Counted from the first letter of the stretch, positions 38,165 to 47,262 are shown. The stretch: 64,000 bases of DNA from Actinomycetota bacterium (GCA_040882605.1 JBBEAY010000017.1:96150-160149); one strand, 5' to 3'. A program made the numbers and translations. The notes: generated by a model from the sequence alone, not told the origin.

Positions 38165-39387
38165 TCAGAACAAGAAGCCGAACCAGGGGGAAGGGTCGGA
38201 AGCGAACATCGCGTCGGCCCGCGCGAGCGCACGCGGTTCCAGTTCGCGCACCTGCTGCGCTCGCGCCAGCTGTCGGAACGATGATCCGCCCAGGTACGCG
38301 GCGCCGAGGGCCCGCACGCTGCACGAGAGCACGGGTTCCGCGTCCGTCCGCGCGCAGGTTCTCTCCCCCGACTCGACGACGAGCTCGTACCGGCCCGATG
38401 TCTGGGGCCGGAAGGCATCGTCGATCTCGACAACGAGCCGTCCGTCGGCGGAGTATCGGCGCCCGGCGAGCGACGCCGAGATGTCGATCAGGCGCACCCA
38501 CAAGCCGTCGGAAACTCTGAAGTTCATCCGGCGAGGTTCGCCGGCGAGCCACTGGAGCTCCTCGTCCGCCGGCCGGTCCCAAGCCTTCACCGTGGCGATC
38601 AGGTCCACATCGAACACGAACCGCCAGAGCGCCGCCGTGGCTTGGGGGGTCGACGCGATCAGGTGCTGCAGCTTCAGCTCGTTCCGCGGCACGCTGTGAA
38701 CCCACTCGTGCTTGACCTTGTAGACCGCGTAGCCGTCGGGGATCTCGTCGTCGCCCTCGTGCACGGCGAAGAACAACGGCTCGTCCTCGTCGCGCTTGGG
38801 CTCGTGGAAGAGCACCGTCCACCATCTCTCGTCGACCGCGATCATGCCCGGTCGGGTGGCGGCGACCCGGTCGTAGACGGGCCGCATCAGAGGAAGCGCC
38901 TGCTCGCGCGGCAGAGCCCGGACGCGACCGCCCGTGTCGGTGCCAGCGACGAAACTCGAGCGTTCGGCGCCACCTCGAGCTCGGTGCAGAACGAGGCCGT
39001 GCCGAAGCCGAAGCGGCCGTAGATCGGCGCCTCCGAGGCCCACAAGTAGGCCAGCGGCTCCTGGCGCTCCGCGGCCTGGTCGAGCAGGGTGCCCATGAGC
39101 CGGGTGTTGACGCCCCGCCGGCGGTGCGACGCCAGCACTCCCACCGCCGTGATGCCGGGCGCGCGCAGCGTACGTGACCCCGGCACCGTGAGCTCGGTTG
39201 AGCAGGCGCCGGCGGTACCGACTATGTCGTCGCCGTCGAGCGCCACGAAATAGCGGTCGGGCTCGGCGATCAGGCGTTCCTGCTCGAGATCCTCCTCGTT
39301 CCACCGGCCGTGGAAGGCCCGCTCCAAGACCTGCAAGAAACGTGCGAGCTCGTCGGGCTCGATCGATCGGATCGTCAGGTCTTGCAC
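38165..39387 (-). pseudogene. Eis-like GNAT acetyltransferase (GNAT + SCP2-like C-terminus) with one frameshift
   Basis: The N-terminal 150 aa lie in track ORF 38887..39387 (…YGRFGFGTASFCTELEV). The remainder (ERSSFVAGTDTGGRVRALPREQALPLMRPVYD…PSPWFGFLF) lies in the frame of ORF 38165..39403. The junction is near 38955-38975. Confidence 0.75.
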
Positions 39388-39587
39388 GCGCGCATCTTCC
39401 CACCCGGAGGTTCGACCATCGCGGCCCGGCTCAGTCGAACAGGTCGAGGCCGCCGGATCCGAACCCGCCCGTGTCGTCCTGCTTCAGCGCGGTGTCGACG
39501 TCGGCCGCCGCTGCGACCATCAGGAACCGTAGGTCCGGCGAGGCGATCCGACCAGCGGTGTCACCCTAACGCGGTCGGTGGGCTGAA

Positions 39588-40991
39588 CTAGCGCCAGGTG
39601 AACCCGGGGGGCTTGGGTCGGCAGAGCTGTTTGGTTCGCTGCCGCAGCGCAGTGAGCTCCTCCCGATGAGCCGGGTCCGACGCCAAGTTCTCGAGTTCCC
39701 ACGGATCTCGGGCGAGGTCGTAGAGCTCTTCCTCGCCGGTGGCGTAGTGCACGAACAAGTGCTCACGCGTGCGAACGGCGCAGTAGGTCGGAGGGTCGGG
39801 CAGCCCGCGGTCCGTTCGGTATTCCACGTGTTCGATCAGCAGGTCCTCGCGCACGTCGGTCGCCCTGCCACCGAGGATGGGGAGCAGCGATCGCCCCTCG
39901 ACCCCTGGCGCTCCCGAGCCGGCCAACGCGGCGATCGTGGGCGCGATGTCGACGTTGGTCGCCAACGCATCGGTGCGCCCGCCGTCGGTGAATGGGTCGT
40001 ACCGCACCACGAGTGGCACCCGGATCGATTCCTCGTAGGGGGTGAGCTTGTAGTTCCAGCCGTGCTCGCCGATCGCGATCCCGTTGTCGGAGGTGAACAC
40101 GATCAGCGTGTCGTCGAGCCGTCCGGTCTCCCGCAAGGCCCGCACGACGAGGGTCACCATCTCATCGACCGACCGCAGGGCCGCGACCTGCTCCGCCCAC
40201 GCCCGACGGGCATCGGCCACGCGCTCGGGGCCGACGCGCCTCAGCGCCTGGATGTAGACGGGCTTGTCCGACACGTCGAGCTCGGGAAGATTCGGACCGG
40301 GCTGCCACTCGACGGTCGTGCCGGGCGCCGTGCCCGGCGGGGGGGTGCGAGGCGAGTGCGGGGCGAACGTCGACAGCATCATGAACAGAGGGTCGTCGCC
40401 GGGCGTCGTTCGGATGAAGCGATCCGCGTATCGAGCGAGCACGTCGGTCGAGTAGGAACGATCGTCAGAGCCGTAAGGGCGGGCACGGCCGTCGACCAGC
40501 AGGTCGTAGTCGTAGTAGAGATCACCCGCATTGCGGAACGCCGCCCATCGATCCCACCCGGGCGGCACGTACGCGGTCGGCCACGATCCGTTGAAATACT
40601 TGCCGATGAACGCCGTCTCGTATCCGGCGTCGTCGAGCCAGGTTGCGACGGTCGATCGGTCATCGAATGCCTTCAGCCCGTTCGCGCCCTCGTTCGTGTA
40701 CACCCCCGTGGAATGCGAGTGGGTGCCGGTGAGGATCGTCGAACGCGACGGACAGCACAGCGGATTGGTGACGAACGCGTTGTCGAAAGTCAACCCTCGG
40801 TCGGCGAGAAGCCTCTGCACTCCGGGCATCTGCGACAGCGTGTCCCACCGTTGATCGTCGGTGACGATCAACACGATGTCGGGCCGCGCGCGCCGGCCGG
40901 GGCCGGCGTCGGCCAGGATCGCGTGCGCCCCGAAGCTCGCCGGCGCCAGCGCGGCGATCGACAGGAACCAGATCGTGACCCGCTTGCCCAT
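39588..40991 (-). CDS. Formylglycine-dependent sulfatase, secreted
   Basis: 467-aa track ORF with a signal peptide. IVLIVTDDQRWD and the CCPSRSTILTG (C-x-P-x-R) motif. Confidence 0.85.
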   Translation of the reverse strand: MGKRVTIWFLSIAALAPASFGAHAILADAGPGRRARPDIVLIVTDDQRWDTLSQMPGVQRLLADRGLTFDNAFVTNPLCCPSRSTILTGTHSHSTGVYTNEGANGLKAFDDRSTVATWLDDAGYETAFIGKYFNGSWPTAYVPPGWDRWAAFRNAGDLYYDYDLLVDGRARPYGSDDRSYSTDVLARYADRFIRTTPGDDPLFMMLSTFAPHSPRTPPPGTAPGTTVEWQPGPNLPELDVSDKPVYIQALRRVGPERVADARRAWAEQVAALRSVDEMVTLVVRALRETGRLDDTLIVFTSDNGIAIGEHGWNYKLTPYEESIRVPLVVRYDPFTDGGRTDALATNVDIAPTIAALAGSGAPGVEGRSLLPILGGRATDVREDLLIEHVEYRTDRGLPDPPTYCAVRTREHLFVHYATGEEELYDLARDPWELENLASDPAHREELTALRQRTKQLCRPKPPGFTWR

Positions 40992-41161
40992 GTCCGCTTC
41001 GACCCATCTCGCTGAGGAACTGCATCGTCGGACGAACGGACCCGCGCCGCATCGGTCGAAGGGGCGACGAACCCGTCCTTTCGACGGGTGCCAGAGTGTC
41101 TAGCCCGGTTGCACACCTCTTCAGAACCGCATCACGCTCGGGCAGGCCTACGCTGGTGGAG

Positions 41162-41410
41162 ATGGACGACTACCCCGAGTGCCCGTGCCACGGGTATCGC
41201 GAGTGCCCGATGTGCCACGACGTCAGACCGTGCGGCCACTTCGGGAAGAGCCGCTGGTGTCCGCCGTGCCAACGCCTGCGGAAGCAGCGGATCACCACGG
41301 GTCCGAGACGGCGGGCGCCGATGCCCGCCGGGCGAACCTGCGCGGGCGAGGGGTGCAGCACTCGACTCAGCGTGTACAACTTCGACGACCTTTGCTCGGT
41401 CTGCGCGTAG
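41162..41410 (+). CDS. Cys-rich small protein (putative double zinc ribbon)
   Basis: Track ORF 41096..41410 trimmed to MDDYPECPCHGYRECPMCHDVRPCGHFGKSRWCPPCQRL...CAGEGCSTRLSVYNFDDLCSVCA after GGTGGAG. Confidence 0.5.
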   Translation: MDDYPECPCHGYRECPMCHDVRPCGHFGKSRWCPPCQRLRKQRITTGPRRRAPMPAGRTCAGEGCSTRLSVYNFDDLCSVCA

Positions 41411-41430
41411 GCCACCACGGGTCGGTTGGG

Positions 41431-43521
41431 TCAACCCGCGATCGCGGTGGCGAGCACAAAGGGGTGTACGTGGCCGCTGCCGGTTTGGCGGAGGGCGCGC
41501 GCGACCACGGTGAGGGTCCACTTCGAGTCGGCCAGGTCATCGACGAGCAAGACGGGGCCGTCGGGCACGACGCCCGCGGTGGGGCCGGCCAGCACCTCGA
41601 ACGCGTCCCAGACGTTACGCACCTGTTGGGCGCTGTTCTGCATCGCCGCCTGTGGCTGGTTCTCCGCGATCTTGCGCACCACCTCGTGCAACGGCAGCCC
41701 GAGCGCCTCGGCGAGTCGGCGCGCGAAGTCCGGCACCAGGTCGGGATGCGTCATCGACGGCACACACGTCACCCAGGTGGGCGCGGGGTCTGGCCTCCAT
41801 CGGCCGACGATCAGCGAGGCGCTCGCGGTCACGAGATCGTCGGCGAAGTGCTCGTCCTCGCTGCGCCCCGACGCCACGAGGCGCCCCCAGCCGCCGTCGC
41901 CCGCCACCGAGAGCGCGCGGCCGATGAGCGGGCGCTCGTCCTCGGCGATGCGTCCCTTGGGCAACCCGAACGCGGCGAGCCCCGAGGGCCACTGCTTCCG
42001 CGGTTCCACGAAGAGGTCGAACCCTCGCAGGTGCTCACGGGCGGCGGCGAGCAGCTCTGGCGGGGCTTCCACCCTCAGGGGCGAGGCCGTGCAGCGCATA
42101 CACCGGCCGCAGGGCTCGGCACCCGAGTCATCGAGCTCATGGCGTAGGAACTCCATCAGGCAACCGTCGTGTCGGGCGTATCGGCGCATCGCCTCCTGCT
42201 CGTGCCGGCGCAGCGCTGTGATGTGCTCGACCCGTTCGGTCGGGTAGGTCCACGCGTCTGCGGTGCGCACGTACCCACCGCGCTCGCGCGCGACGGCGCC
42301 TTCGACCTCGAGCACCTTCAGCATCGACTCGAGCCGGTTCCGGCGCACGTTCACGGCAGCCATCAGGTCGTTCAGAGACATCGGACCCTGCGAACCCGCG
42401 TCGCCGAGCAGCCCCACGATGCGCTCGGCCTGCTCCTGCGGAGGGAACGCCGTCTCGATGAAGTAGTCCTGGATCTCGCGATCCTCGATGCCGCAGAGGA
42501 GCACCGCCGGCGCGTGCTCGAGCGCGCGGCCGGCTCGTCCGACCTGCTGGTAGTAGGCGATCGGCGACCCGGGGCTCTGGTAGTGGATCACGAAGCCCAG
42601 GTCCGGCTTGTCGAACCCCATGCCGAGCGCGCTCGTCGCGACGAGCACCTTCAGCTCGTTCGCGAGCAGGGCTTGCTCGAGCCGGATGCGGTCGTCGTTG
42701 TCGGTGGCGCCGCTATAGGCCTCGGCCTCGATGCCCTGGCGGCGCAGGAACGCGGCGACGCGTTCCCCGTCAGCGATCGTCAGCACGTAGACGATGCCCG
42801 AGCCAGCGAGCCTCGGCACTTCGTCGGCGAGCCACGCCATGCGCTCGGCCTGGCTCGGAACGTCGGCCACGGCGAGGGCCAGGCTCTCCCGATCGAGCGT
42901 GCCGCGGAACGTGACCAGCCCGTCGCCGAGCTGATCGGTGATGTCGGCGATCACCCGGTCGTTCGCGGTGGCGGTCGTGCAGAGCACCGGCGCACCTTGT
43001 GGCAACGCCTCGAGCACGCGCACGATCCGCCGGTAGTCCGGGCGGAAGTCGTGCCCCCAGTCGCTGATGCAGTGCGCCTCGTCAACCACCAGCAGGCCGA
43101 CCGTGCGCGCGATGACGCTCAGCATCTGATCGCGGAAGCGCTCGTTCGCGAATCGCTCGGGCGAGACGAGCAGCAGGTCGATCTCGTCGTTCGTGAGCCG
43201 CTCCGCGATCGGTTCGAACTCCTCGGGGTTCGTCGAGTTGATCGTCTCGGCCCGCACGCCGATGCGCCCGGCCATCTCGATCTGGTTGCGCATCAGCGCG
43301 AGCAGGGGAGACACGAGCAGGGTCGGCCCGGCGCCCTGCTCCCGTAGCAGCTTCGTCGCGATGAAATAGACGGCGGATTTTCCCCACCCGGTGCGCTGCA
43401 CGAGCAGCACGCGGCCCCGTTCGCGGGCGACCGCCTCGATCGCCTCGAGCTGCCCAGGCCGGAAGGACGCGCCGTGCCCGAGCATGTGGTGCAGGTGGTC
43501 GAGCGCGGAGGGGACAGTCAC
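41431..43521 (-). CDS. rqlH: RqlH-type RecQ-like DNA helicase with tetracysteine module and C-terminal PRTase/ComF-like domain
   Basis: Track ORF 41431..43677 trimmed to a GTG at 43521 (696 aa). QRTGWGKSAVYF, VVDEAHCISDWGHDFRPDY, CLMEFL...CGRCMRC, and a C-terminal VLLVDDLADSKWTLTV PRT-type loop. Size and layout match mycobacterial RqlH (691 aa). Confidence 0.8.
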   Translation of the reverse strand: MTVPSALDHLHHMLGHGASFRPGQLEAIEAVARERGRVLLVQRTGWGKSAVYFIATKLLREQGAGPTLLVSPLLALMRNQIEMAGRIGVRAETINSTNPEEFEPIAERLTNDEIDLLLVSPERFANERFRDQMLSVIARTVGLLVVDEAHCISDWGHDFRPDYRRIVRVLEALPQGAPVLCTTATANDRVIADITDQLGDGLVTFRGTLDRESLALAVADVPSQAERMAWLADEVPRLAGSGIVYVLTIADGERVAAFLRRQGIEAEAYSGATDNDDRIRLEQALLANELKVLVATSALGMGFDKPDLGFVIHYQSPGSPIAYYQQVGRAGRALEHAPAVLLCGIEDREIQDYFIETAFPPQEQAERIVGLLGDAGSQGPMSLNDLMAAVNVRRNRLESMLKVLEVEGAVARERGGYVRTADAWTYPTERVEHITALRRHEQEAMRRYARHDGCLMEFLRHELDDSGAEPCGRCMRCTASPLRVEAPPELLAAAREHLRGFDLFVEPRKQWPSGLAAFGLPKGRIAEDERPLIGRALSVAGDGGWGRLVASGRSEDEHFADDLVTASASLIVGRWRPDPAPTWVTCVPSMTHPDLVPDFARRLAEALGLPLHEVVRKIAENQPQAAMQNSAQQVRNVWDAFEVLAGPTAGVVPDGPVLLVDDLADSKWTLTVVARALRQTGSGHVHPFVLATAIAG

Positions 43522-43553
43522 CCATGCACCGTAGTGCGCCGGTTCTGATGCCG

Positions 43554-44024
43554 TCAGTGAGCCTGGGTGCCCGAGGTGCGGTAGACGAGCGCTGCGGCGC
43601 GGAGCGTTTCCACCAGCTCTTCGAGCGGCGCGTCCTTGTCCAGCAGGTTGGCCGCACCCATGAACTCGGCCGTCCACTTGGTCTCGCGTTCAGAGAACGC
43701 GGTGAGGATCACCACTTGGGTCTGAGGGTCGTGGGCCTTGATCAGCACGGTGGCTTCCATGCCGTCGACATCAGGCATGCGCAGGTCCATCAGCACCACT
43801 TCGGGATGCAATCCGGCCGCCTTCGCGCCGGCTTCGGCGCCGTTGCGGGCATCCCCGATGACTTCGAAGCCGAACGCCGGAAGGCTGTCACGCAGCACCA
43901 TCGTGGTGCGCTCGTCGTCGTCGGCGATGAGCAGGCGGATCGGGTCGTCGAGCAGGCCCTCCTCCGACGATGCGCGCCTGTCTACGTGCTCAGGAAGCAG
44001 TTCGGACTTCATGGCAACACCCAC
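43554..44024 (-). CDS. Stand-alone response-regulator receiver (CheY-like) protein
   Basis: 156-aa track ORF (the start may be the ATG at 44012). LLIADDDE, VVLMDLRMPDVDG, VVILTAF. No output domain. 32 nt upstream of rqlH. Confidence 0.8.
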   Translation of the reverse strand: MGVAMKSELLPEHVDRRASSEEGLLDDPIRLLIADDDERTTMVLRDSLPAFGFEVIGDARNGAEAGAKAAGLHPEVVLMDLRMPDVDGMEATVLIKAHDPQTQVVILTAFSERETKWTAEFMGAANLLDKDAPLEELVETLRAAALVYRTSGTQAH

Positions 44025-44230
44025 GCTCCTCGTCCAGGAACCCGCGGTTCCTGGTGTTAGTGCGGTCGGCAGACCAGGTGGGTTCCTTGAGGCCCTGGGC
44101 TGCTCGGCGAGCTCAGTCGAGCAAGGCGTCGAAGGCCCTCATCGTGTCGGTCAATCGTTCCGCCAGGGTCTTCGCGAGCCATCGGTGCAGCGCCGCGGCC
44201 AGCTCCGGCTCATCGGCCTCCAACCGCGAG

Positions 44231-44566
44231 GTGTGGCTGCGGTCTGCGCTCGGTGACGGGGCCGGCACGACGGTCGGGGTCGTGCACTTCTCACCCGAAG
44301 CGCGCACGCGGTGGCACCGTCACCCGACTGGGCAGTTCCTGTATGCGATCAGCGGCCGGGGTCGCGTGCGTACGCGAGGCGAGGCGGGCCTCGTGTTGGA
44401 ACCCGGAGACATGATCCACGTGGGTCCGGACGAGTGGCACTTCCACGGGGGGTCGCGCGCAGCGCCGATGGTGCACGTGGCGGTAACCGGTGGGTCGGTG
44501 GAATGGGGCGAACCCGTGACCGACGAGGAGTTCGACGACGGGTTCGCGTCGTTCGACGCGCGTTGA
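44231..44566 (+). CDS. Cupin-domain protein (short)
   Basis: C-terminal part of track ORF 43970..44566. FSPEARTRWHRHPTGQFLYAISG...PGDMIHVGPDEWHFHG. The start is uncertain (GTG 44231). Confidence 0.6.
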   Translation: MWLRSALGDGAGTTVGVVHFSPEARTRWHRHPTGQFLYAISGRGRVRTRGEAGLVLEPGDMIHVGPDEWHFHGGSRAAPMVHVAVTGGSVEWGEPVTDEEFDDGFASFDAR

Positions 44567-44632
44567 CCACCGAGGCAAAGGGAGACGTTCGGCCGATGTC
44601 CTGGTCCACCAGATGCCCTACCTTCAGGGTGT

Positions 44633-44806
44633 ATGCAGACGCCCACTACTTCTCAGCAAGCCATGCCTGTCCGCCCTGTCGACCCGCGTCGAGTCCACTG
44701 CACGATGTGCGAGCACACGGAGTTCGTTCACGCCGACTTCGACGCTCGCCGGTGCCTCTACTCCGAGTGCGTTTGCAGCGGATTCATACTGGGCGCCGTC
44801 GCGTAG
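44633..44806 (+). CDS. Possible 57-aa Cys/His-rich micro-protein
   Basis: Below the track cut-off. MQTPTTSQQAMPVRPVDPRRVHCTMCEHTEFVHADFDARRCLYSECVCSGFILGAVA*. Ends 18 nt before the SQR-like gene. Confidence 0.3.
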   Translation: MQTPTTSQQAMPVRPVDPRRVHCTMCEHTEFVHADFDARRCLYSECVCSGFILGAVA

Positions 44807-44824
44807 ACCTGCGACTGCCTATCC

Positions 44825-45967
44825 TTGGGCATGTCCACATCGGTGCTCGTCCTCGGGGCCGGCTTCGGCGGCCTGGAATTGTCCACGCGGCTTTCGGAGA
44901 AGCTCGGCGACCAGGTCGACATCACCCTGATCGACCGCGCCGATGCCTTCGTGTTCGGCTACTCGAAGCTGGACGTGATGTTCGGCGCGAAGATGCCCGA
45001 CGCCGTCCGACTCCGTTACGCCGACATCACCACGCCTCACGTCCTGTTCCGCCAGGAGACCATCATTTCGATCGACCCCGCGGCGCGCCGGGTCGTGACC
45101 GACCTCGACGCGTACGAGGCCGACGTGTTGGTGGTGGCGCTCGGGGCAGACTATGACCTCGCCGCCACGCCTGGCCTTGCCGAGGCCGGCAACGAGTTTT
45201 ACTCGGTCGCCGGTGCCGAGGCCGTGCGCGAGGTGCTCCCGTCCTTCCGGTCGGGCTCGGCCATCGTCGGCGTCTGCGGAGCACCTTTCAAGTGCCCACC
45301 GGCGCCGAGCGAGGCCGCGATGCTTCTGGACGAGTACCTGCGGGAGCGAGGCGTTCGCGACGACGTGAGGATCCAGGTCGTGATGCCGTTCGGTACGCCG
45401 GTTCCCCCGTCACCCGACACCTCCCAGGCGATCCTCGCGAAGTTCGCCGAGCGTGGCATCGACTTCGTGCCCGACCACAAGGTCGCGGCACTCGACCCGG
45501 CCACCCGTGAGGCCGTGCTCGACGACGGCACGCGCCTTGCCTTCGACCTGTTCCTCGGTATCCCGGTGCATCGGGCGCCGGCGGCGGTCGAAGCTTCGGG
45601 CATGACCCAGGACGGGTGGATCCCGGTGGAGAAGACAACGCTCGCCACCCGCTTCCCCGGCGTCTACGCGGTGGGCGACGTGACGAGTGTGGGCACCCCG
45701 AAGGCAGGTGTGTTCGCGGAGCGCTCGGCCCGCGCGGTGGCCGACCAGCTGATCGCACGCATCCGCGGCGAGGCCGAGCCCCCGGGCTACGACGGCACCG
45801 GCGCGTGCTGGATCGAGTTCGGCGATCACGACGTCGCCCGCGTCGACGTGGACTTCTTCTCGACGCCGGGGCACCCGACCGGCACGTTCACCGCGCCGTC
45901 GGCGGCGATGGCCGCCGAGAAGGCCGAATTCGGTTCCAGCCGGCGCGTGCGCTGGTTCGGCAAATGA
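44825..45967 (+). CDS. FAD-dependent pyridine-nucleotide-disulfide oxidoreductase, sulfide:quinone-oxidoreductase/NDH-2-like
   Basis: 380-aa track ORF. VLVLGAGFGGLELS, CGAPFKCPPAPSEAA, YAVGDVTS. Confidence 0.8.
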   Translation: MGMSTSVLVLGAGFGGLELSTRLSEKLGDQVDITLIDRADAFVFGYSKLDVMFGAKMPDAVRLRYADITTPHVLFRQETIISIDPAARRVVTDLDAYEADVLVVALGADYDLAATPGLAEAGNEFYSVAGAEAVREVLPSFRSGSAIVGVCGAPFKCPPAPSEAAMLLDEYLRERGVRDDVRIQVVMPFGTPVPPSPDTSQAILAKFAERGIDFVPDHKVAALDPATREAVLDDGTRLAFDLFLGIPVHRAPAAVEASGMTQDGWIPVEKTTLATRFPGVYAVGDVTSVGTPKAGVFAERSARAVADQLIARIRGEAEPPGYDGTGACWIEFGDHDVARVDVDFFSTPGHPTGTFTAPSAAMAAEKAEFGSSRRVRWFGK

Positions 45968-46090
45968 GCTTTCCAGGTGTTGCCTCAGCGCGAGGTCTGC
46001 GGCACCATGTCGGGTACGAGAGGAAGGAGGTGGTCCAACTTGCATGAACAGCTCGAGACCCTCGAGGTGACTGGCTGCTGAGCCGTCCCT

Positions 46091-46117
46091 CGCGGGCAGG
46101 GGTCACCTCCCTGCCCG
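46091..46117 (+). terminator. Hairpin GCGGGCAGGG-gtcacct-CCCTGCCCGC
   Basis: Perfect 10-bp stem followed by TTGCC. Lies 124 nt after the SQR-like stop and 10 nt after a tiny SD-preceded ORF. Confidence 0.45.
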
Positions 46118-46236
46118 CTTGCCGGGTGACCGGCAGAATCTCAACCAGCTCACCGACCTCGCGAGCTCCGGCTGGTCACCGGACGAAAGCCTCGTCAGAG
46201 GCCGAAGTGCTCGAGAGGCGATAGGCAACCGAACAG

Positions 46237-46260
46237 GCCGGGCCCACGAAGGGGCCCGGC
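46237..46260. terminator. Hairpin GCCGGGCCC-acgaag-GGGCCCGGC with T-rich flank (bidirectional candidate)
   Basis: 9-bp perfect stem. Followed on + by TTGTTCGTGTTCTT. Lies 36 nt beyond the stop (46296) of the minus-strand NTase gene. Confidence 0.55.
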
Positions 46261-46295
46261 TTGTTCGTGTTCTTGCCATCGGCACGCACGTCCCG

Positions 46296-46796
46296 CTATG
46301 TGCGCTCCGTTTCGGCCAGGAGCCTCCTGAGCACGGGGAGCACGAGCCGATCCTTCTCGCGGTCGGCGGCTTCCTTGGAGCGGATCACGTCGGCGAGTGA
46401 CGCAACATCGACCTCGACTCCCAGGATCACCAGGTGCACCGCGTCTCGTGTGATATCCAGGTAGCCGGCCGTGCCGCTCGGCTCGAACGTGATGTCGAGG
46501 CGGCCGAAGTCGGTGACGAGGTTCCACACGCCGACCGATGCGAGCGACGTCGCATCATGGTCGAACACCAGGCCCTCGGGCTCCGACGACGTCCAGACCC
46601 GAGCGTGCAGCTCGGTCAGCGCCGTCGAGAGCCGTTCCAGGTTCGCTGCCTGAGGATCCGGCACCACGTCGACATCGGTCGTGACGTAGGGGGAACCGTG
46701 GATCACGCCGGCGAACCCTCCGATCAGCACGTGGCGCACTCCGTGGCGGGCGAGAACCTCGAGCAAGAGCTCGGGGCGGAACTCAGGCTCGGGCAT
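46296..46796 (-). CDS. Small nucleotidyltransferase-fold protein (MNT/AbiEii-like minimal NTase), candidate toxin/effector
   Basis: 166-aa track ORF. VLIGGFAGVIHGSPYVTTDVDVV matches the hG[GS]x9-13DxD NTase pattern. Overlaps the upstream XRE gene by 14 nt. Confidence 0.65.
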   Translation of the reverse strand: MPEPEFRPELLLEVLARHGVRHVLIGGFAGVIHGSPYVTTDVDVVPDPQAANLERLSTALTELHARVWTSSEPEGLVFDHDATSLASVGVWNLVTDFGRLDITFEPSGTAGYLDITRDAVHLVILGVEVDVASLADVIRSKEAADREKDRLVLPVLRRLLAETERT

Positions 46797-47106
46797 CGGT
46801 CATCGCCCGGCGTCCGGCCTCGGCGAACCGCAGCGCAGCCTGGTGGCGACGGACCCGCGTGTCGGGGTCAACCGCCAGGTTCGTCGACGCGACTGACCAG
46901 TCCGCGTCGTCAGCGGGAAGCAGCCGTGGCAGCAGATCGAACCCGCACACCCGCACCGCCTGAACCACCCGCTCGTACGAAGGCTCCGTGCCGCCTGTTT
47001 CGAGCCTCGCGATCGCGGACTGCGTGGTACCGAGCCGGGCGGCGAGCTCGCGTTGGGTGAGCCGCGCGCGCCTACGAGCTTCTCGGATCAGGTCGCCTCC
47101 TCGCAT
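46783..47106 (-). CDS. XRE-family HTH protein (candidate antitoxin/regulator)
   Basis: 107-aa track ORF. IREARRRARLTQRELAARLGTTQSAIARLETG. Confidence 0.8.
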   Translation of the reverse strand: MRGGDLIREARRRARLTQRELAARLGTTQSAIARLETGGTEPSYERVVQAVRVCGFDLLPRLLPADDADWSVASTNLAVDPDTRVRRHQAALRFAEAGRRAMTDARA

Positions 47107-47113
47107 GCAGAAT

Positions 47114-47132
47114 AGTATAGCGGAAACGCTAT
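47114..47132 (-). promoter_or_regulatory. Candidate leaderless promoter (-10 TATACT) overlapped by the palindrome ATAGCG-gaaa-CGCTAT
   Basis: On the minus strand TATACT ends 7 nt before the XRE ATG (47106). A perfect 6-4-6 palindrome at 47117-47132 abuts it. Confidence 0.4.
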
Positions 47133-47187
47133 GTGTGTGGGTGAGCTCACGTCGGTGGCGGGATCCGCCCGGTCCCCGGCAGGACTT

Positions 47188-47262
47188 GACACCGATATTG
47201 GTGTCGATCGGGCTCGGGCAACGACGAACGCCTTCCTGACACCGATAGTGGTGTCATCCGCG
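47188..47262. repeat. 75-bp double-palindrome element, copy A
   Basis: GACACCGATATTGGTGTC ...32 nt... GACACCGATAGTGGTGTC. 73/75 identical to copy B at 52731..52805, same orientation. Confidence 0.9.

Noticed and set aside
39431-39520. 29-codon minus ORF MVAAAADVDTALKQDDTGGFGSGGLDLFD*, whose tail resembles the archaeal/eukaryotic ribosomal P-stalk ending GFGLFD.
   Set aside because: No SD, very short, and the resemblance rests on about 6 residues. Most likely chance in a GC-rich spacer.
43554-44024. A two-component system around the receiver protein.
   Set aside because: No histidine kinase or output domain is present in the neighbourhood. Only an orphan receiver can be supported.
44113-44307. 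Minus ORF ending ...EADEPELAAALHRWLAKTLAERLTDTMRAFDALLD*, upstream of the receiver gene.
   Set aside because: Only the last ~36 codons look protein-like. The only in-frame start there is a TTG 7 bp from the opposing cupin start, with no SD. Possibly a remnant, but not supportable as a gene.
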